A DNA stretch of 64,000 nucleotides, from the NCBI GenBank assembly GCA_964016885.1, contig CAXHJY010001509.1:24001-88000 (forward strand). Direction: 5' to 3'. This stretch comes from Eledone cirrhosa. Its lineage: Eukaryota. Below, in pieces: positions 47,530 to 60,451 of the stretch; the first letter of the stretch is position 1, and every line of letters starts with the position of its first letter. The notes under the pieces are model-generated. The model did no database searches and was not told the DNA's origin. It worked only from the letters and a program-made list of their open reading frames with translations. The position numbers were made by a program, and so were the translations under genes.

Positions 47530-50500
47530 TGATGGTGGTGGTGATGGGGAGTGGTGATGGTGATGTTCTTAGTATTGCTGTTGTGTTGGTGGTGGTGGTG
47601 ATGTTCTCAGTGTTGGTGTTAGTGCTGCTGTTGTGTTGCTAGTGTCCGTGGTGATGGTGGTATTGATATTCTCTGTGTTGTTGTTAGTGCTGCTAGTGGT
47701 GGTGGTGGTGGTGATATTCTCTGTGTTGTTGTTAGTGCTGCTGTTGTGTTGCTAGTGGTGGTGGTGATATTCTCTGTGTTGTTGTTAGTGCTGCTGTTGT
47801 GTTGCTAGTGGTGGTGGTGGTGATATTCTCTGTGTTGTTGTTAGTGCTGCTGTTGTGTTGCTAGTGTTGGTGGTGGTGGTGGTGGTGATGTTCTCTGTGT
47901 TGTTGTTAGTGCTGCTGTTGTGTTGCTAGTGGTGGTGGTGGTGGTGGTGGTGATATTCCCTGTGTTGTTGTTAGTGCTGCTGTTGTGTTGCTAGTGTTGG
48001 TGGTGGTGGTGATATTCTCTGTGTTGTTGTTGTTAGTGCTGCTGTTGTGTTGCTAGTGTTGGTGGTGGTGGTGATGTTCTCTGTGTTGTTGTTAGTGCTG
48101 CTGTTGTGTTGCTAGTGTTGGTGGTGGTGGTGGTGGTGATGTTCTCTGTGTTGTTGTTAGTGCTGCTGTTGTGTTGCTAGTGTTGGTGGTGGTGGTGGTG
48201 GTGGTGGTGGTGGTGATGATGTTCTCTGTGTTGTTGTTAGTGCTGCTGTTGTGTTGCTAGTGTTGGTGGTGGTGGTGGTGGTGGTGGTGGTGATATTCTC
48301 TGTGTTGTTGTTAGTGCTGCTGTTGTGTTGCTAGTGGTGGTGGTGGTGATATTCTCTGTGTTGTTGTTAGTGCTGCTGTTGTGTTGCTAGTGTTGGTGGT
48401 GGTGGTGGTGGTGATGTTCTCTGTGTTGTTGTTAGTGCTGCTGTTGTGTTGCTAGTGTTGGTGGTGGTGGTGGTGGTGGTGGTGGTGATATTCTCTGTGT
48501 TGTTGTTAGTGCTGCTGTTGTGTTGCTAGTGGTGGTGGTGGTGATATTCTCTGTGTTGTTGTTAGTGCTGCTGTTGTGTTGCTAGTGTTGGTGGTGGTGG
48601 TGGTGGTGATATTCCCTGTGTTGTTGTTAGTGCTGCTGTTGTGTTGCTAGTGGTGGTGGTGGTGGTGGTGGTGATGTTCTCTGTGTTGTTGTTAGTGCTG
48701 CTGTTGTGTTGCTAGTGGTGGTGGTGGTGGTGGTGGTGATATTCCCTGTGTTGTTGTTAGTGCTGCTGTTGTGTTGCTAGTGTTGGTGGTGGTGGTGATA
48801 TTCTCTGTGTTGTTGTTGTTAGTGCTGCTGTTGTGTTGCTAGTGTTGGTGGTGGTGGTGATGTTCTGTGTTGTTGTTAGTGCTGCTGTTGTGTTGCTAGT
48901 GTTGGTGGTGGTGGTGGTGGTGATGTTCTCTGTGTTGTTGTTAGTGCTGCTGTTGTGTTGCTAGTGTTGGTGGTGGTGGTGGTGGTGATGTTCTCTGTGT
49001 TGTTGTTAGTGCTGCTGTTGTGTTGCTAGTGTTGGTGGTGGTGGTGGTGATATTCTCTGTGTTGTTGTTAGTGCTGCTGTTGTGTTGCTAGTGTTGGTGG
49101 TGGTGGTGGTGGTGATGTTCTCTGTGTTGTTGTTAGTGCTGCTGTTGTGTTGCTAGTGTTGGTGGTGGTGGTGGTGGTGGTGGTGGTGATATTCTCTGTG
49201 TTGTTGTTAGTGCTGCTGTTGTGTTGCTAGTGGTGGTGGTGGTGATATTCTCTGTGTTGTTGTTAGTGCTGCTGTTGTGTTGCTAGTGTTGGTGGTGGTG
49301 GTGGTGGTGATATTCCCTGTGTTGTTGTTAGTGCTGCTGTTGTGTTGCTAGTGGTGGTGGTGGTGGTGGTGGTGATATTCCCTGTGTTGTTGTTAGTGCT
49401 GCTGTTGTGTTGCTAGTGTTGGTGGTGGTGGTGATATTCTCTGTGTTGTTGTTAGTGCTGCTGTTGTGTTGCTAGTGTTGGTGGTGGTGGTGATGTTCTC
49501 TGTGTTGTTGTTAGTGCTGCTGTTGTGTTGCTAGTGTTGGTGGTGGTGGTGGTGGTGATGTTCTCTGTGTTGTTGTTAGTGCTGCTGTTGTGTTGCTAGT
49601 GGTGGTGGTGGTGGTGGTGGTGATATTCCCTGTGTTGTTGTTAGTGCTGCTGTTGTGTTGCTAGTGTTGGTGGTGGTGGTGATATTCTCTGTGTTGTTGT
49701 TAGTGCTGCTGTTGTGTTGCTAGTGTTGGTGGTGGTGGTGATGTTCTCTGTGTTGTTGTTAGTGCTGCTGTTGTGTTGCTAGTGTTGGTGGTGGTGGTGG
49801 TGGTGATGTTCTCTGTGTTGTTGTTAGTGCTGCTGTTGTGTTGCTAGTGTTGGTGGTGGTGGTGGTGGTGGTGGTGATATTCTCTGTGTTGTTGTTAGTG
49901 CTGCTGTTGTGTTGCTAGTGTTGGTGGTGGTGGTGGTGGTGATGTTCTCTGTGTTGTTGTTAGTGCTGCTGTTGTGTTGCTAGTGTTGGTGGTGGTGGTG
50001 GTGGTGATGTTCTCTGTGTTGTTGTTAGTGCTGCTGTTGTGTTGCTAGTGTTGATGATGGTGGTGGTGGTGATGTTCTCTGTGTTGTTGTTAGTGCTGCT
50101 GTTGTGTTGCTAGTGTTGGTGGTGGTGGTGGTGGTGATGTTCTCTGTGTTGTTGTTAGTGCTGCTGTTGTGTTGCTAGTGTTGGTGGTGGTGGTGGTGGT
50201 GATGTTCTCTGTGTTGTTGTTAGTGCTGCTGTTGTGTTGCTAGTGTTGGTGGTGGTGGTGGTGGTGATGTTCTCTGTGTTGTTGTTAGTGCTGCTGTTGT
50301 GTTGCTAGTGTTGGTGGTGGTGGTGGTGGTGATATTCTCTGTGTTGTTGTTAGTGCTGCTGTTGTGTTGCTAGTGTTGATGATGGTGGTGGTGGTGATGT
50401 TCTCTGTGTTGTTGTTAGTGCTGCTGTTGTGTTGCTAGTGTTGGTGGTGGTGGTGGTGGTGGTGGTGGTGGTGATGTTCTCTGTGTTGTTGTTAGTGCTG

Positions 50501-53500
50501 CTGTTGTGTTGCTAGTGTTGGTGGTGGTGGTGGTGGTGGTGATATTCCCTGTGTTGTTGTTAGTGCTGCTGTTGTGTTGCTAGTGTTGGTGGTGGTGGTG
50601 GTGGTGATATTCCCTGTGTTGTTGTTAGTGCTGCTGTTGTGTTGCTAGTGTTGGTGGTGGTGGTGGTGGTGGTGGTGATATTCTCTGTGTTGTTAGTGCT
50701 GCTGTTGTGCTGCTAGTGGTGGTGGTGGTGATATTCTCTGTGTTGTTGTTAGTGCTGCTGTTGTGTTGCTAGTGTTGGTGGTGGTGGTGATATTCTCTGT
50801 GTTGTTGTTGTGTTGCTAGTGTTGGTGGTGGTGGTGGTGATATTCTCTGTGTTGTTGTTAGTGCTGCTGTTGTGTTGCTAGTGTTGGTGGTGGTAGTGGT
50901 GGTGGTATTCCCTGTGTTGTTGTTAGTGCTGCTGTTGTGTTGCTAGTGTTGGTGGTGGTGGTGATATTCTCTGTGTTGTTGTTAGTGCTGATGTGTTGCT
51001 AGTGTTGGTGGTGGTGGTGGTGGTGGTGGTGATATTCTCTGTGTTGTTGTTAGTGCTGCTGTTGTGTTGCTAGTGTTGTTGTTGGTGGTGGTGGTGGTAT
51101 TCTCTGTGTTGTTGTTAGTGCTGCTGTTGTGTTGCTAGTGTTGGTGGTGGTGGTGGTGATATTCTCTGTGTTGTTGTTAGTGCTGCTGTTGTGTTGCTAG
51201 TGTTGGTGGTGGTGGTGGTATTCTCTGTGTTGTTGTTAGTGCTGCTGTTGTGTTGCTAGTGTTGGTGGTGGTGGTGGTGGTGATGTTCTCTGTGTTGTTG
51301 TTAGTGCTGCTGTTGTGTTGCTAGTGTTGTTGTTGGTGGTGGTGGTGGTATTCTCTGTGTTGTTGTTAGTGCTGCTGTTGTGTTGCTAGTGTTGGTGGTG
51401 GTGGTGATGGTGATATTCTCTGTGTTGTTGTTAGTGCTGCTGTTGTGTTGCTAGTGTTGGTGGTGGTGGTGGTGATATTCTCTGTGTTGTTGTTAGTGCT
51501 GCTGTTGTGTTGCTAGTGTTGGTGGTGGTGGTGATATTCTCTGTGTTGTTGTTAGTGCTGATGTTGTGTTGCTAGTGTTGGTGGTGGTGGTGGTGATATT
51601 CTCTGTGTTGTTGTTAGTGCTGCTGTTGTGTTGCTAGTGTTGTTGTTGGTGGTGGTGGTGGTATTCTCTGTGTTGTTGTTAGTACTGCTGTTGTGTTGCT
51701 AGTGTTGGTGGTGGTGGTGGTGGTGATGTTCTCTGTGTTGTTGTTAGTGCTGCTGTTGTGTTGCTAGTGTTGGTGGTGGTGGTGGTGGTGGTGATGTTCT
51801 CTGTGTTGTTGTTAGTGCTGCTGTTGTGTTGCTAGTGTTGGTGGTGGTGGTGATATTCCCTGTGTTGTTGTTAGTGCTGCTGTTGTGTTGCTAGTGTTGG
51901 TGGTGGTGGTGGTGGTGGTGATATTCTCTGTGTTGTTGTTAGTGCTGCTGTTGTGTTGCTAGTGTTGGTGGTGGTGGTGGTGGCGGTGGTGATATTCTCT
52001 GTGTTGTTGTTAGTGCTGCTGTTGTGTTGCTAGTGTTGGTGGTGGTGGTGATATTCCCCGTGTTGTTGTTAGTGCTGCTGTTGTGTTGCTAGTGTTGGTG
52101 GTGGTGGTGGTGGTGGTGGTGATATTCCCTGTGTTGTTGTTAGTGCTGCTGTTGTGCTGCTAGTGGTGGTGGTGGTGGTGGTGATATTCCCTGTGTTGTT
52201 GTTAGTGCTGCTGTTGTGTTGCTAGTGTTGGTGGTGGTGGTGGTGGTGGTGGTGATATTCTCTGTGTTGTTAGTGCTGCTGTTGTGCTGCTAGTGGTGGT
52301 GGTGGTGATATTCTCTGTGTTGTTGTTAGTGCTGCTGTTGTGTTGCTAGTGTTGGTGGTGATATTCTCTGTGTTGTTGTTAGTGCTGCTGTTGTGTTGCT
52401 AGTGTTGGTGGTGGTGGTGGTGATATTCTCTGTGTTGTTGTTAGTGCTGCTGTTGTGTTGCTAGTGTTGGTGGTGGTGGTGATATTCTCTGTGTTGTTGT
52501 TAGTGCTGCTGTTGTGTTGCTAGTGTTGGTGGTGGTGGTGGTGATATTCTCTGTGTTGTTGTTAGTGCTGCTGTTGTGTTGCTAGTGTTGTTGTTGGTGG
52601 TGGTGGTGGTATTCCCTGTGTTGTAGTTAGTGCTCGTGTTGTGTTGCTAGTGTTGGTGGTGGTGGTGATATTCTCTGTGTTGTTGTTAGTGCTGCTGTTG
52701 TGTTGCTAGTGTTGGTGGTGGTGGTGGTGATGTTCTCTGTGTTGTTAGTGCTGCTGTTGTGTTGCTAGTGTTGGTGGTGGTGGTGGTGATATTCTCTGTG
52801 TTGTTGTTAGTGCTGCTGTTGTGTTGCTAGTGGTGGTGGTGGTGGTGGTGATATTCCCTGTGTTGTTGTTAGTGCTGCTGTTGTGTTGCTAGTGTTGGTG
52901 GTGGTGGTGGTGGTGATATTCTCTGTGTTGTTGTTAGTGCTGCTGTTGTGTTGCTAGTGTTGGTGGTGGTGGTGGTGGTGGTGGTGATATTCTCTGTGTT
53001 GTTAGTGCTGCTGTTGTGTTGCTAGTGTTGGTGGTGGTGGTGGTGGTGGTGGTGATATTCTCTGTGTTGTTGTTAGTGCTGCTGTTGTGTTGCTAGTGGT
53101 GGTGGTGGTGGTGATATTCCCTGTGTTGTTGTTAGTGCTGCTGTTGTGTTGCTAGTGGTGGTGGTGGTGGTGGTGGTGGTGATATTCCCTGTGTTGTTGT
53201 TAGTGCTGCTGTTGTGTTGCTAGTGGTGGTGGTGGTGGTGGTGATATTCCCTGTGTTGTTGTTAGTGCTGCTGTTGTGTTGCTAGTGGTGGTGGTGGTGG
53301 TGGTGGTGGTGATATTCCCTGTGTTGTTGTTAGTGCTGCTTTTGTGTTGCTAGTGTTGGTGGTGGTGGTGGTGGTGGTGATATTCTCTGTGTTGTTGTTA
53401 GTGCTGCTGTTGTGTTGCTAGTGTTGGTGGTGGTGGTGATATTCCCTGTGTTGTTGTTAGTGCTGCTGTTGTGTTGCTAGTGTTGGTGGTGGTGGTGGTG

Positions 53501-55886
53501 GCGGTGGTGATATTCCCTGTGTTGTTGTTAGTGCTGCTGTTGTGTTACTAGTGGTGGTGGTGGCGGTGGTGATATTCCCTGTGTTGTTGTTAGTGCTGCT
53601 GTTGTGTTGCTAGTGGTGGTGGTGGTGGTGGTGATATTCCCTGTGTTGTTGTTAGTGCTGCTGTTGTGTTGCTAGTGGTGGTGGTGGTGGTGATATTCCC
53701 TGTGTTGTTGTTAGTGCTGCTTTTGTGTTGCTAGTGTTGGTGGTGGTGGTGGTGGTGGTGGTGGTGATATTCTCTGTGTTGTTGTTAGTGCTGCTGTTGT
53801 GTTGCTAGTGGTGGTGGCGGTGGTGATATTCTCTGTGTTGTTGTTAGTGCTGCTGTTGTGTTGCTAGTGTTGGTGGTGGTGGTGGTGGTGGTGGTGGTAT
53901 TCTCTGTGTTGTTGTTAGTGCTGCTGTTGTGTTGCTAGTGTTGGTGGTGGTGGTGGTGGTGGTGGTGGTGGTGGTGATATTCGCTGTGTTGTTAGTGCTG
54001 CTGTTGTGTTGCTAGTGTTGGTGGTGGTGGTGTTGGTGGTGGTGGTGGTGGTGGTGGTGGTGATATTCTCTGTGTTGTTGTTAGTGCTGCTGTTGTGTTG
54101 CTAGTGTTGGTGGTGGTGGTGGTGGTGGTGATATTCTCTGTGTTGTTGTTAGTGCTGCTGTTGTGTTGCTAGTGTTGGTGGTGGTGGTGGTGGTGGTGAT
54201 ATTCTCTGTGTTGTTGTTAGTGCTGCTGTTGTGTTGCTAGTGTTGGTGGTGGTGGTGGTGGTGATATTCTCTGTGTTGTTGTTAGTGCTGCTGTTGTGGT
54301 GGTGGTGGTGGTGATATTCTCTGTGTTGTTGTTAGTGCTGCTGTTGTGTTGCTAGTGTTGGTGGTGGTGGTGGTGGTGGTGATATTCTCTGTGTTGTTGT
54401 TAGTGCTGCTGTTGTGTTGCTAGTGTTGGTGGTGGTGGTGGTGGTGGTGGTGGTGATATTCTCTGTGTTGTTGTTAGTGCTGCTGTTGTGTTGCTAGTGT
54501 TGGTGGTGGTGGTGGTGGTGGTGGTGGTGGTGATATTCTCTGTGTTTTTGTTAGTGCTGCTGTTGTGGTGGTGGTGGTGGTGATATTCTCTGTGTTGTTG
54601 TTAGTGCTGCTGTTGTGTTGCTAGTGTTGGTGGTGGTGGTGGTGGCGGTGGTGATATTCCCTGTGTTGTTGTTAGTGCTGATGTTGTGTTGCTAGTGGTG
54701 GTGGTGGTGGTGGTGGCGGTGGTGATATTCCCTGTGTTGTTGTTAGTGCTGCTGTTGTGTTGCTAGTGGTGGTGGTGGTGGTGGTGGTGGTGGTGATATT
54801 CCCTGTGTTGTTGTTAGTGCTGCTGTTGTGTTGCTAGTGGTGGTGGTGGTGGTGGTGATATTCCCTGTGTTGTTGTTAGTGCTGCTGTTGTGTTGCTAGT
54901 GTTGGTGGTGGTGGTGGTGGTGATATTCCCTGTGTTGTTGTTAGTGCTGCTGTTGTGTTGCTAGTGATGGTGGTGGTGGTGGTGGTGATATTCTCTGTGT
55001 TGTTGTTAGTGCTGCTGTTGTGTTGCTAGTGGTGGTGGTGGTGGTGGTGATATTCCCTGTGTTGTTGTTAGTGCTGCTGTTGTGTTGCTAGTGTTGGTGG
55101 TGGTGGTGGTGGTGGTGGTGGTGGTGGTGATATTCTCTGTGTTGTTGTTAGTGCTGCTGTTGTGTTGCTAGTGTTGGTGGTGGTGGTGGTGATATTCTCT
55201 GTGTTGTTGTTAGTGCAGCTGTTGTGTTGCTAGTGTTGGTGGTGGTGGTGATATTCTCTGTGTTGTTGTTAGTGCTGCTGTTGTGTTGCTAGTGTTGGTG
55301 GTGGTGGTGGTGATATTCTCTGTGTTGTTGTTAGTGCTGCTGTTGTGTTGCTAGTGTTGTTGTTGGTGGTGGTGGTGGTATTCCCTGTGTTGTTGTTAGT
55401 GCTGCTGTTGTGTTGCTAGTGTTGGTGGTGATATTCTCTGTGTTGTTGTTAGTGCTGCTGTTGTGTTGCTAGTGGTGGTGGTGGTGGTATTCCCTGTGTT
55501 GTTGTTAGTGCTGCTGTTGTGTTGCTAGTGTTGGTGGTGGTGGTGATATTCTGTGTTGTTGTTAGTGCTGCTGTTGTGTTGCTAGTGGTGGTGGTGGTGG
55601 TGGTGGTATTCTCTGTGTTGTTGTTAGTGCTGCTGTTGTGTTGCTAGTGGTGGTGGTGGTGGTGGTGGTAGTGGTGATATTCCCTGTGTTGTTGTTAGTG
55701 CTGCTGTTGTGTTGCTAGTGGTGGTGGTGGTGGTGGTGGTATTCTCTGTGTTGTTGTTAGTGCTGCTGTTGTGTTGCTAGTGGTGGTGGTGGTGGTGGTG
55801 GTATTCTCTGTGTTGTTGTTAGTGCTGCTGTTGTGTTGCTAGTGGTGGTGGTGGTGGTAGTGACGTTCTCAGTGTTGTTGTTAGTC
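47530..55886. repeat. ~8.3-kb satellite: 44-nt core GAT(A/G)TTC(T/C)CTGTGTTGTTGTTAGTGCTGCTGTTGTGTTGCTAGT + optional GTT + variable (GGT)n; roughly 130 units
   Basis: Direct reading; unit count estimated from length divided by ~62 nt. Confidence 0.97.
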
Positions 55887-56009
55887 TGTACATCTGTAGT
55901 CTGGTGGAAATATATGCGTCAACAGATCTCCCCACCATGTCTGTTCTAATTAAACATTTTTGTTCATTTCATTGATTTGTTGATTTAATTTAAGTTTAGA
56001 TGAATTTTA

Positions 56010-56825
56010 GGTTGTGGTGGTAGTGGTGGTGGTAGTGGTGGTAGTAGTAGTGGTGGTGGTAGTGGTAGTGGTGGTGGTAGTGGTGGTAGTAGTGGCGGTA
56101 CTGGTAGTAGTAGTGGTGGTTGTGGTGGTAGTAGTGGTAGTGTAATAGTAGTTGTGGCAGTGGTGGTGGTGGTTGTGGTTGTGGTGGTGGTTGTGGTGGT
56201 GGTTGTGGTGGTGGTTGTGGTGGTGGTGGTTGTGGTGGTGGTTGTGGTGGTTGTTGTGGTGGTTGTTGTGGTGGTTGTTGTCGTGGTGGTTGTGGTGGTG
56301 ATTGTGGTGGTGGTTGTGGTGGTGGTTGTGGTGGTGGTAGTGGTGGTGGTGGTGGTGGTAGTGGTGGTGGTAGTGGTGGTGGTAGTGGTGGTGGTAGTGG
56401 TAGTGTAATAGTATTGTGGCAGGGTGGCAGTGGTGGTGGTGGTTGTGGTGATAGTAGTGGTGGTGGTTATAGTAGTGGTGGTGGTTATAGTGATGGTAAC
56501 GATGCTGGTGTTGATAATAATGGGGATGAGGATGATAGTGATAAGTGATTGTACGATGATGGTGGTAGGGGAGGTGGTTTGGTGGTGGTAGTGGTGGCAG
56601 TAGTAATGATGGCAATGATGCTGATATTGATAATAATCATGATGATGATGATAGTGATGATGATGGTGGTGGTGGTTTGGTGGTTGTAATGATGGCAATA
56701 ATGCTGATGCTGCTGCTGATAATGATAAGTGATTGTGATGATGGTGGTGGTGGTGGTGATGATCGTGGTGGTGGTGGTGATGGTGGTGGTGGTGGTAATG
56801 ATGGCAATAATACTGATGTTGATAA
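56010..56825. repeat. (GGT/GTA/GTT/GAT)n trinucleotide low-complexity tract
   Basis: Direct reading; source of the poly-T/H/V ORFs. Confidence 0.92.
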
Positions 56826-57063
56826 TCTAAAAGTCTAAAGTCTGCCTTAAGCAGAAGGCTCATTTGGCCGGTGCTTATCCCGGTTTCACGGCGTGAAGGG
56901 ACTGAGAGTACAAGACTCACCCCTGGACAGGACGCCAGTCCATCGCAGAGTTAAACCTCCAGCTATTGCTGGTACTCATTTTCAGCTGAATATACTGGAG
57001 CAACCTGATATGAAGTGTTTTGCTCAAGAACACAACACAGCCCAGGAATCGAACCCACGAACC

Positions 57064-58085
57064 CACAAAATTGTTAACCATCTTGCCAACAACAACCCTG
57101 AGTACCTTTTTGATTTCCATGTGTCTAACACACGTGGGCATGACTACAAAGTCAGAAAACAGCACAGTTCCCATGACTTTCGGAAATATTTTTTCACGCT
57201 CAGAGTTGCTGAAGCATGGAACAAACTGCCTGCATCAGTTGTTAGCTATCGAGACACTGCATCTTTTAAAACCTCCATGGAACAAACTACCTGCATCAGT
57301 TGTTAGCTGTCGAAACACTGCATCTTTTAAACCCTCCATGGAACAAACTACCTGCATCAGTTGTTAACTGTCAAGACACTGCATCCTTTAAAACCTCCAT
57401 GGAACAAACTACCTGCATCAGTTGTTAGCTGTCGAAACACTGCATCTTTTAAACCCTCCATGGAACAAACTACCTGCATCAGTTGTTAACTGTCAAGACA
57501 CTGCATCCTTTAAAACCTCCATGGGATAAACTACCTGTGCATCAGTTGTTAGCTGTCGAGACACTGCATCCTTTAAAACCTCCATGGAACAAACTACCTG
57601 CATCAGTTGTTAGCTGTCGAGACACTGCATCTTTTAAAACCTCCATGGAACAAACTACCTGCATCAGTTGTTAGCTGTCGAGACACTGCATCTTTTAAAA
57701 CCTCCATGGAACAAACTACCTGCATCAGTTGTTAGCTGTCGAGACACTGCATCCTTTAAAACCTCCATGGAACAAACTACCTGCATCAGTTGTTAGCTGT
57801 CGAGACACTGCATCCTTTAAAACCTCCATGGGACAAACTACCTGCATCAGTTAGCTGTCAAGACACTGCATCCTTTAAAACCTCCATGGAACAAACTACC
57901 TGCATCAGTTGTTAGCTGTCGAGACACTGCATGTTTTAAAACCTCCATCAGTTGTTAGTTGTCGAGACACTGCATCCTTTAAAACCTCCATACTTCCTGA
58001 GATTCGCCAACCCTACACCTAATGTTCACCTAATGTTCACCTAATGTTCACACTTTAAACAATAATTTCATTATTATTATTATTA
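57064..58085 (+). mobile_element. CR1-clade LINE 3' fragment
   Basis: HLANNNPEYLFDFHVSNTRGHDYKVRKQHSSHDFRKYFFTLRVAEAWNKLPASVV...SFK (TRGH...RV...WN.LP..VV motif); (ATT)n tail at 58070-58085. Confidence 0.88.
57215..57991 (+). repeat. 61-bp tandem array (~12.5 copies) made from the CR1 ORF2 end
   Basis: CATGGAACAAACTACCTGCATCAGTTGTTAGCTGTCGAGACACTGCATCCTTTAAAACCTC starting at 57215, 57276, 57337, 57398 and onward. Confidence 0.95.
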
Positions 58086-58337
58086 TCGTAAGTCCAGCAC
58101 TCTTACCACTAGGCCACGTGCCTCCATGATGTTGATAATGATGGTGATGATATTGATAATAACAATGATGATGATAGTAATGGCACTAAAACAATCTATC
58201 TAAACAGCAAGCTATCAAACACATCGATAAAGCCTTCAGTAACGTTATCCAATACTCTCATACCATCCCAGATATAATTTACTGGTTTGATGAATTAGAA
58301 TCTACTGTAGCAGAAGATGTTTACCATTCCATAGTTC

Positions 58338-58850
58338 ATGTTGTTGTTGTTGGTGGTGCTGGTGGTTGTGGTGGTTGTGGTGTTGTTGGTGTTGTTGGTG
58401 TTGGTGGTGGTGGTGTTGTTGGTGTTGGTGGTGGTGGTGGTGGTGGTGGTGTGGTGGGTGGTGATGGCTCTACTTGGTGGTGGTGGTGGTGGTGGCTCTG
58501 TTGTTGTTGCTGGTGGTGGTGGTAGTGATGGTGGTGGTAGTGATGGTGGTGGTGGTGGTGGTGATGGTGGTGATGGTAGTGGTGGCAGTGGTGAGGGCTC
58601 TGTTGCTGTTGGTAGTGGTGGTGAGGGCTCTGTGGCTGGTGGTAGTGGTGGTGGTGGTGATGGGGCTGGTGGTAGTGGTGGTGGTGATGGGTCTGCTGTT
58701 GGTGGAGGTATTGATGGTGGTGGTGGTGGTGGGGTTGAGTGTGTTGTTGGCAGAAAAAGGGGTGGTGGTGTTATGGTAATTGATATCGTGGTGGTGGTTG
58801 CTGTGTCTGTTGTAGTCACATTACAACCATTGTTGTTGTTGTGTCTCATG
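58338..58850. repeat. GGT-rich low-complexity tract with ggctctg subrepeats
   Basis: Direct reading. Confidence 0.85.
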
Positions 58851-58927
58851 TAATCATGTGATAACCATTATTGCTGTTGTTGAGATTTAAAGGAAAAGAA
58901 TGACTTCACTTGTAGTTCTAAACAATT

Positions 58928-59028
58928 TGATTTAATTTTATAATATTATACTATAATGAGTTGGTAGATCTAGTTCTACCAACTAGATCTACCAACTCAT
59001 TATATTATAATATTATAAAATTAAATCA
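58928..59028. repeat. Near-perfect hairpin, ~48-bp arms, 5-nt loop
   Basis: tgatttaattttataatattata...gagttggtagatctagtt-ctacc-aactagatctaccaactc...tataatattataaaattaaatca. Confidence 0.9.
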
Positions 59029-60330
59029 CATACATAAATATCTGTAAAATAGTTGGCGTTCGGAAAAGTACCCAGGCATAGAAACTATTCCAAACAAATG
59101 GTCAAGAATTTTCTTTCCTTATATCAAAGATATGATACACTCCCTTGTAGTGGTACCATGATAAGACACACCCAGTAAATGTTTGATGATAGGAAGAGCA
59201 TACAGCTGAGAAACTACACATTGGTCTCTGGCCAGTAATTCTGATGATGTGCTCACTTTGTTCATGACAACCTATCCTAAATATAACAACATGGAAAATA
59301 TTTATTTTATCAACTCTGGAATGATGAAATACAAAGTTAGCCTTAGTGAACATTGAAAGCCTGTATGTAAAGATTAAAAAGAACACTGCAAAGCATTTCT
59401 TTATTTGCTGCAGGTGAAGGAACATTATAAGGACAAATGATAAATTTTAGAAACGCTCAGAAGAAAAAGTTAAGAATATTTGAACAAAAATTAGAAAAAA
59501 GATGAATTGCGAAGAAATGAAAATCCTTAAAGATCTTTGTAGCTATTTTGAAAGCAGAATAATTCCTGGAAACCACAATATCTATTTATAATAATTCTAT
59601 AATAAATCTAAACACAGATTAACTAGATTCTTTTATTTAAAGTTGACATTTCAACACAGAACTAAACAATCCCCTAGAAGTTCCTTTGTGTTACTGTTAA
59701 TCACAATGCTTGTTGTGTTGTTTTTAAAAGAAATTAGACAAAATCAAATGGAAAAGATAAAAAAAACTATTACTTGAGTTGTAAGAGGAAACCCAAAGCT
59801 GGGATCAATCTTTTATTTTCTTGGTTTCTCAGCATATTTTGAAATGGTGGAAAAAAATGAATAATTAAGATAAAGAGATTCACTTCAAGTATTAAAATAC
59901 CTACAGTGATTTGCTAGAAATGTTTAACATATATACATTTATCTTTGTTAGATTTATACCAAATATAGGGGATTTTTCAGCTAATCTTATGGTATATTTA
60001 TCTATGTCAAATAGTTTATATATACATACGAACATATGTACACACATACATACATGCATACATACTTATACACATATATATATATGTGTGAGTGTATGTA
60101 TATACTATAGTCAAATTGTTAAGAAATTCACGTCACAACCATTAAGTCCTAGATTCAATCCCAGTGTGTGGCATCTTGGGCAAGTGTAATTTATAATAGA
60201 CTCTGGTCAACCAATACTTTCTGAGGGAATATGGGTAGACAGAAATTATTTAAAAGCCGGTTGGATGAACTGTACCTATAATTCAAAGAGCCAGCTTTCT
60301 CACACACTGAATCTTCCTGAGAATTATAAT

Positions 60331-60451
60331 ATCCGTAGTAGTAGAGCACTCAGTCCATGGGACGAGTTTGGTAGAAGTAGTAACACAACAGTTAGTTCAC
60401 CATACCGAGAACAATTGACCTCGGTATGGTGAACTAACTGTTGTGTTACTA

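Larger units (their letters stand above)
56835..58126 (-). mobile_element. tRNA-derived SINE split by a CR1 insertion
   Basis: Body and B-box end at ~57063 (ccaggaatcgaacccacgaacc). The head resumes at ~58085-58126 (atcgtaagtccagcactcttaccactaggccacgtgcctcc). Confidence 0.75.

Noticed and set aside
47530-55886. CRISPR-like or mucin-coding array
   Set aside because: The spacers are only (GGT)n, there are no cas genes and the context is eukaryotic. Unit length 44+3n rotates the frame into stops.
55985-56920. His/Thr/Pro-rich protein ORFs
   Set aside because: Trinucleotide low-complexity sequence, open in several frames; the start lies inside a SINE.
57215-57991. CRISPR-like repeat
   Set aside because: Head-to-tail 61-bp units with no unique spacers; derived from CR1.
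58295-58853. Gly-rich or extensin-like secreted protein (hydrophobic N-terminus + GGGSDGGG)
   Set aside because: Open on both strands because of GGT composition, and similar tracts are nearby. No splice or expression evidence. Cannot be fully excluded without RNA data.
59100-59580. Possible coding exon or transposase relic (ttgctgcag|GTGAAGGAAC...)
   Set aside because: Stops in all frames within a short distance and no recognisable motif.
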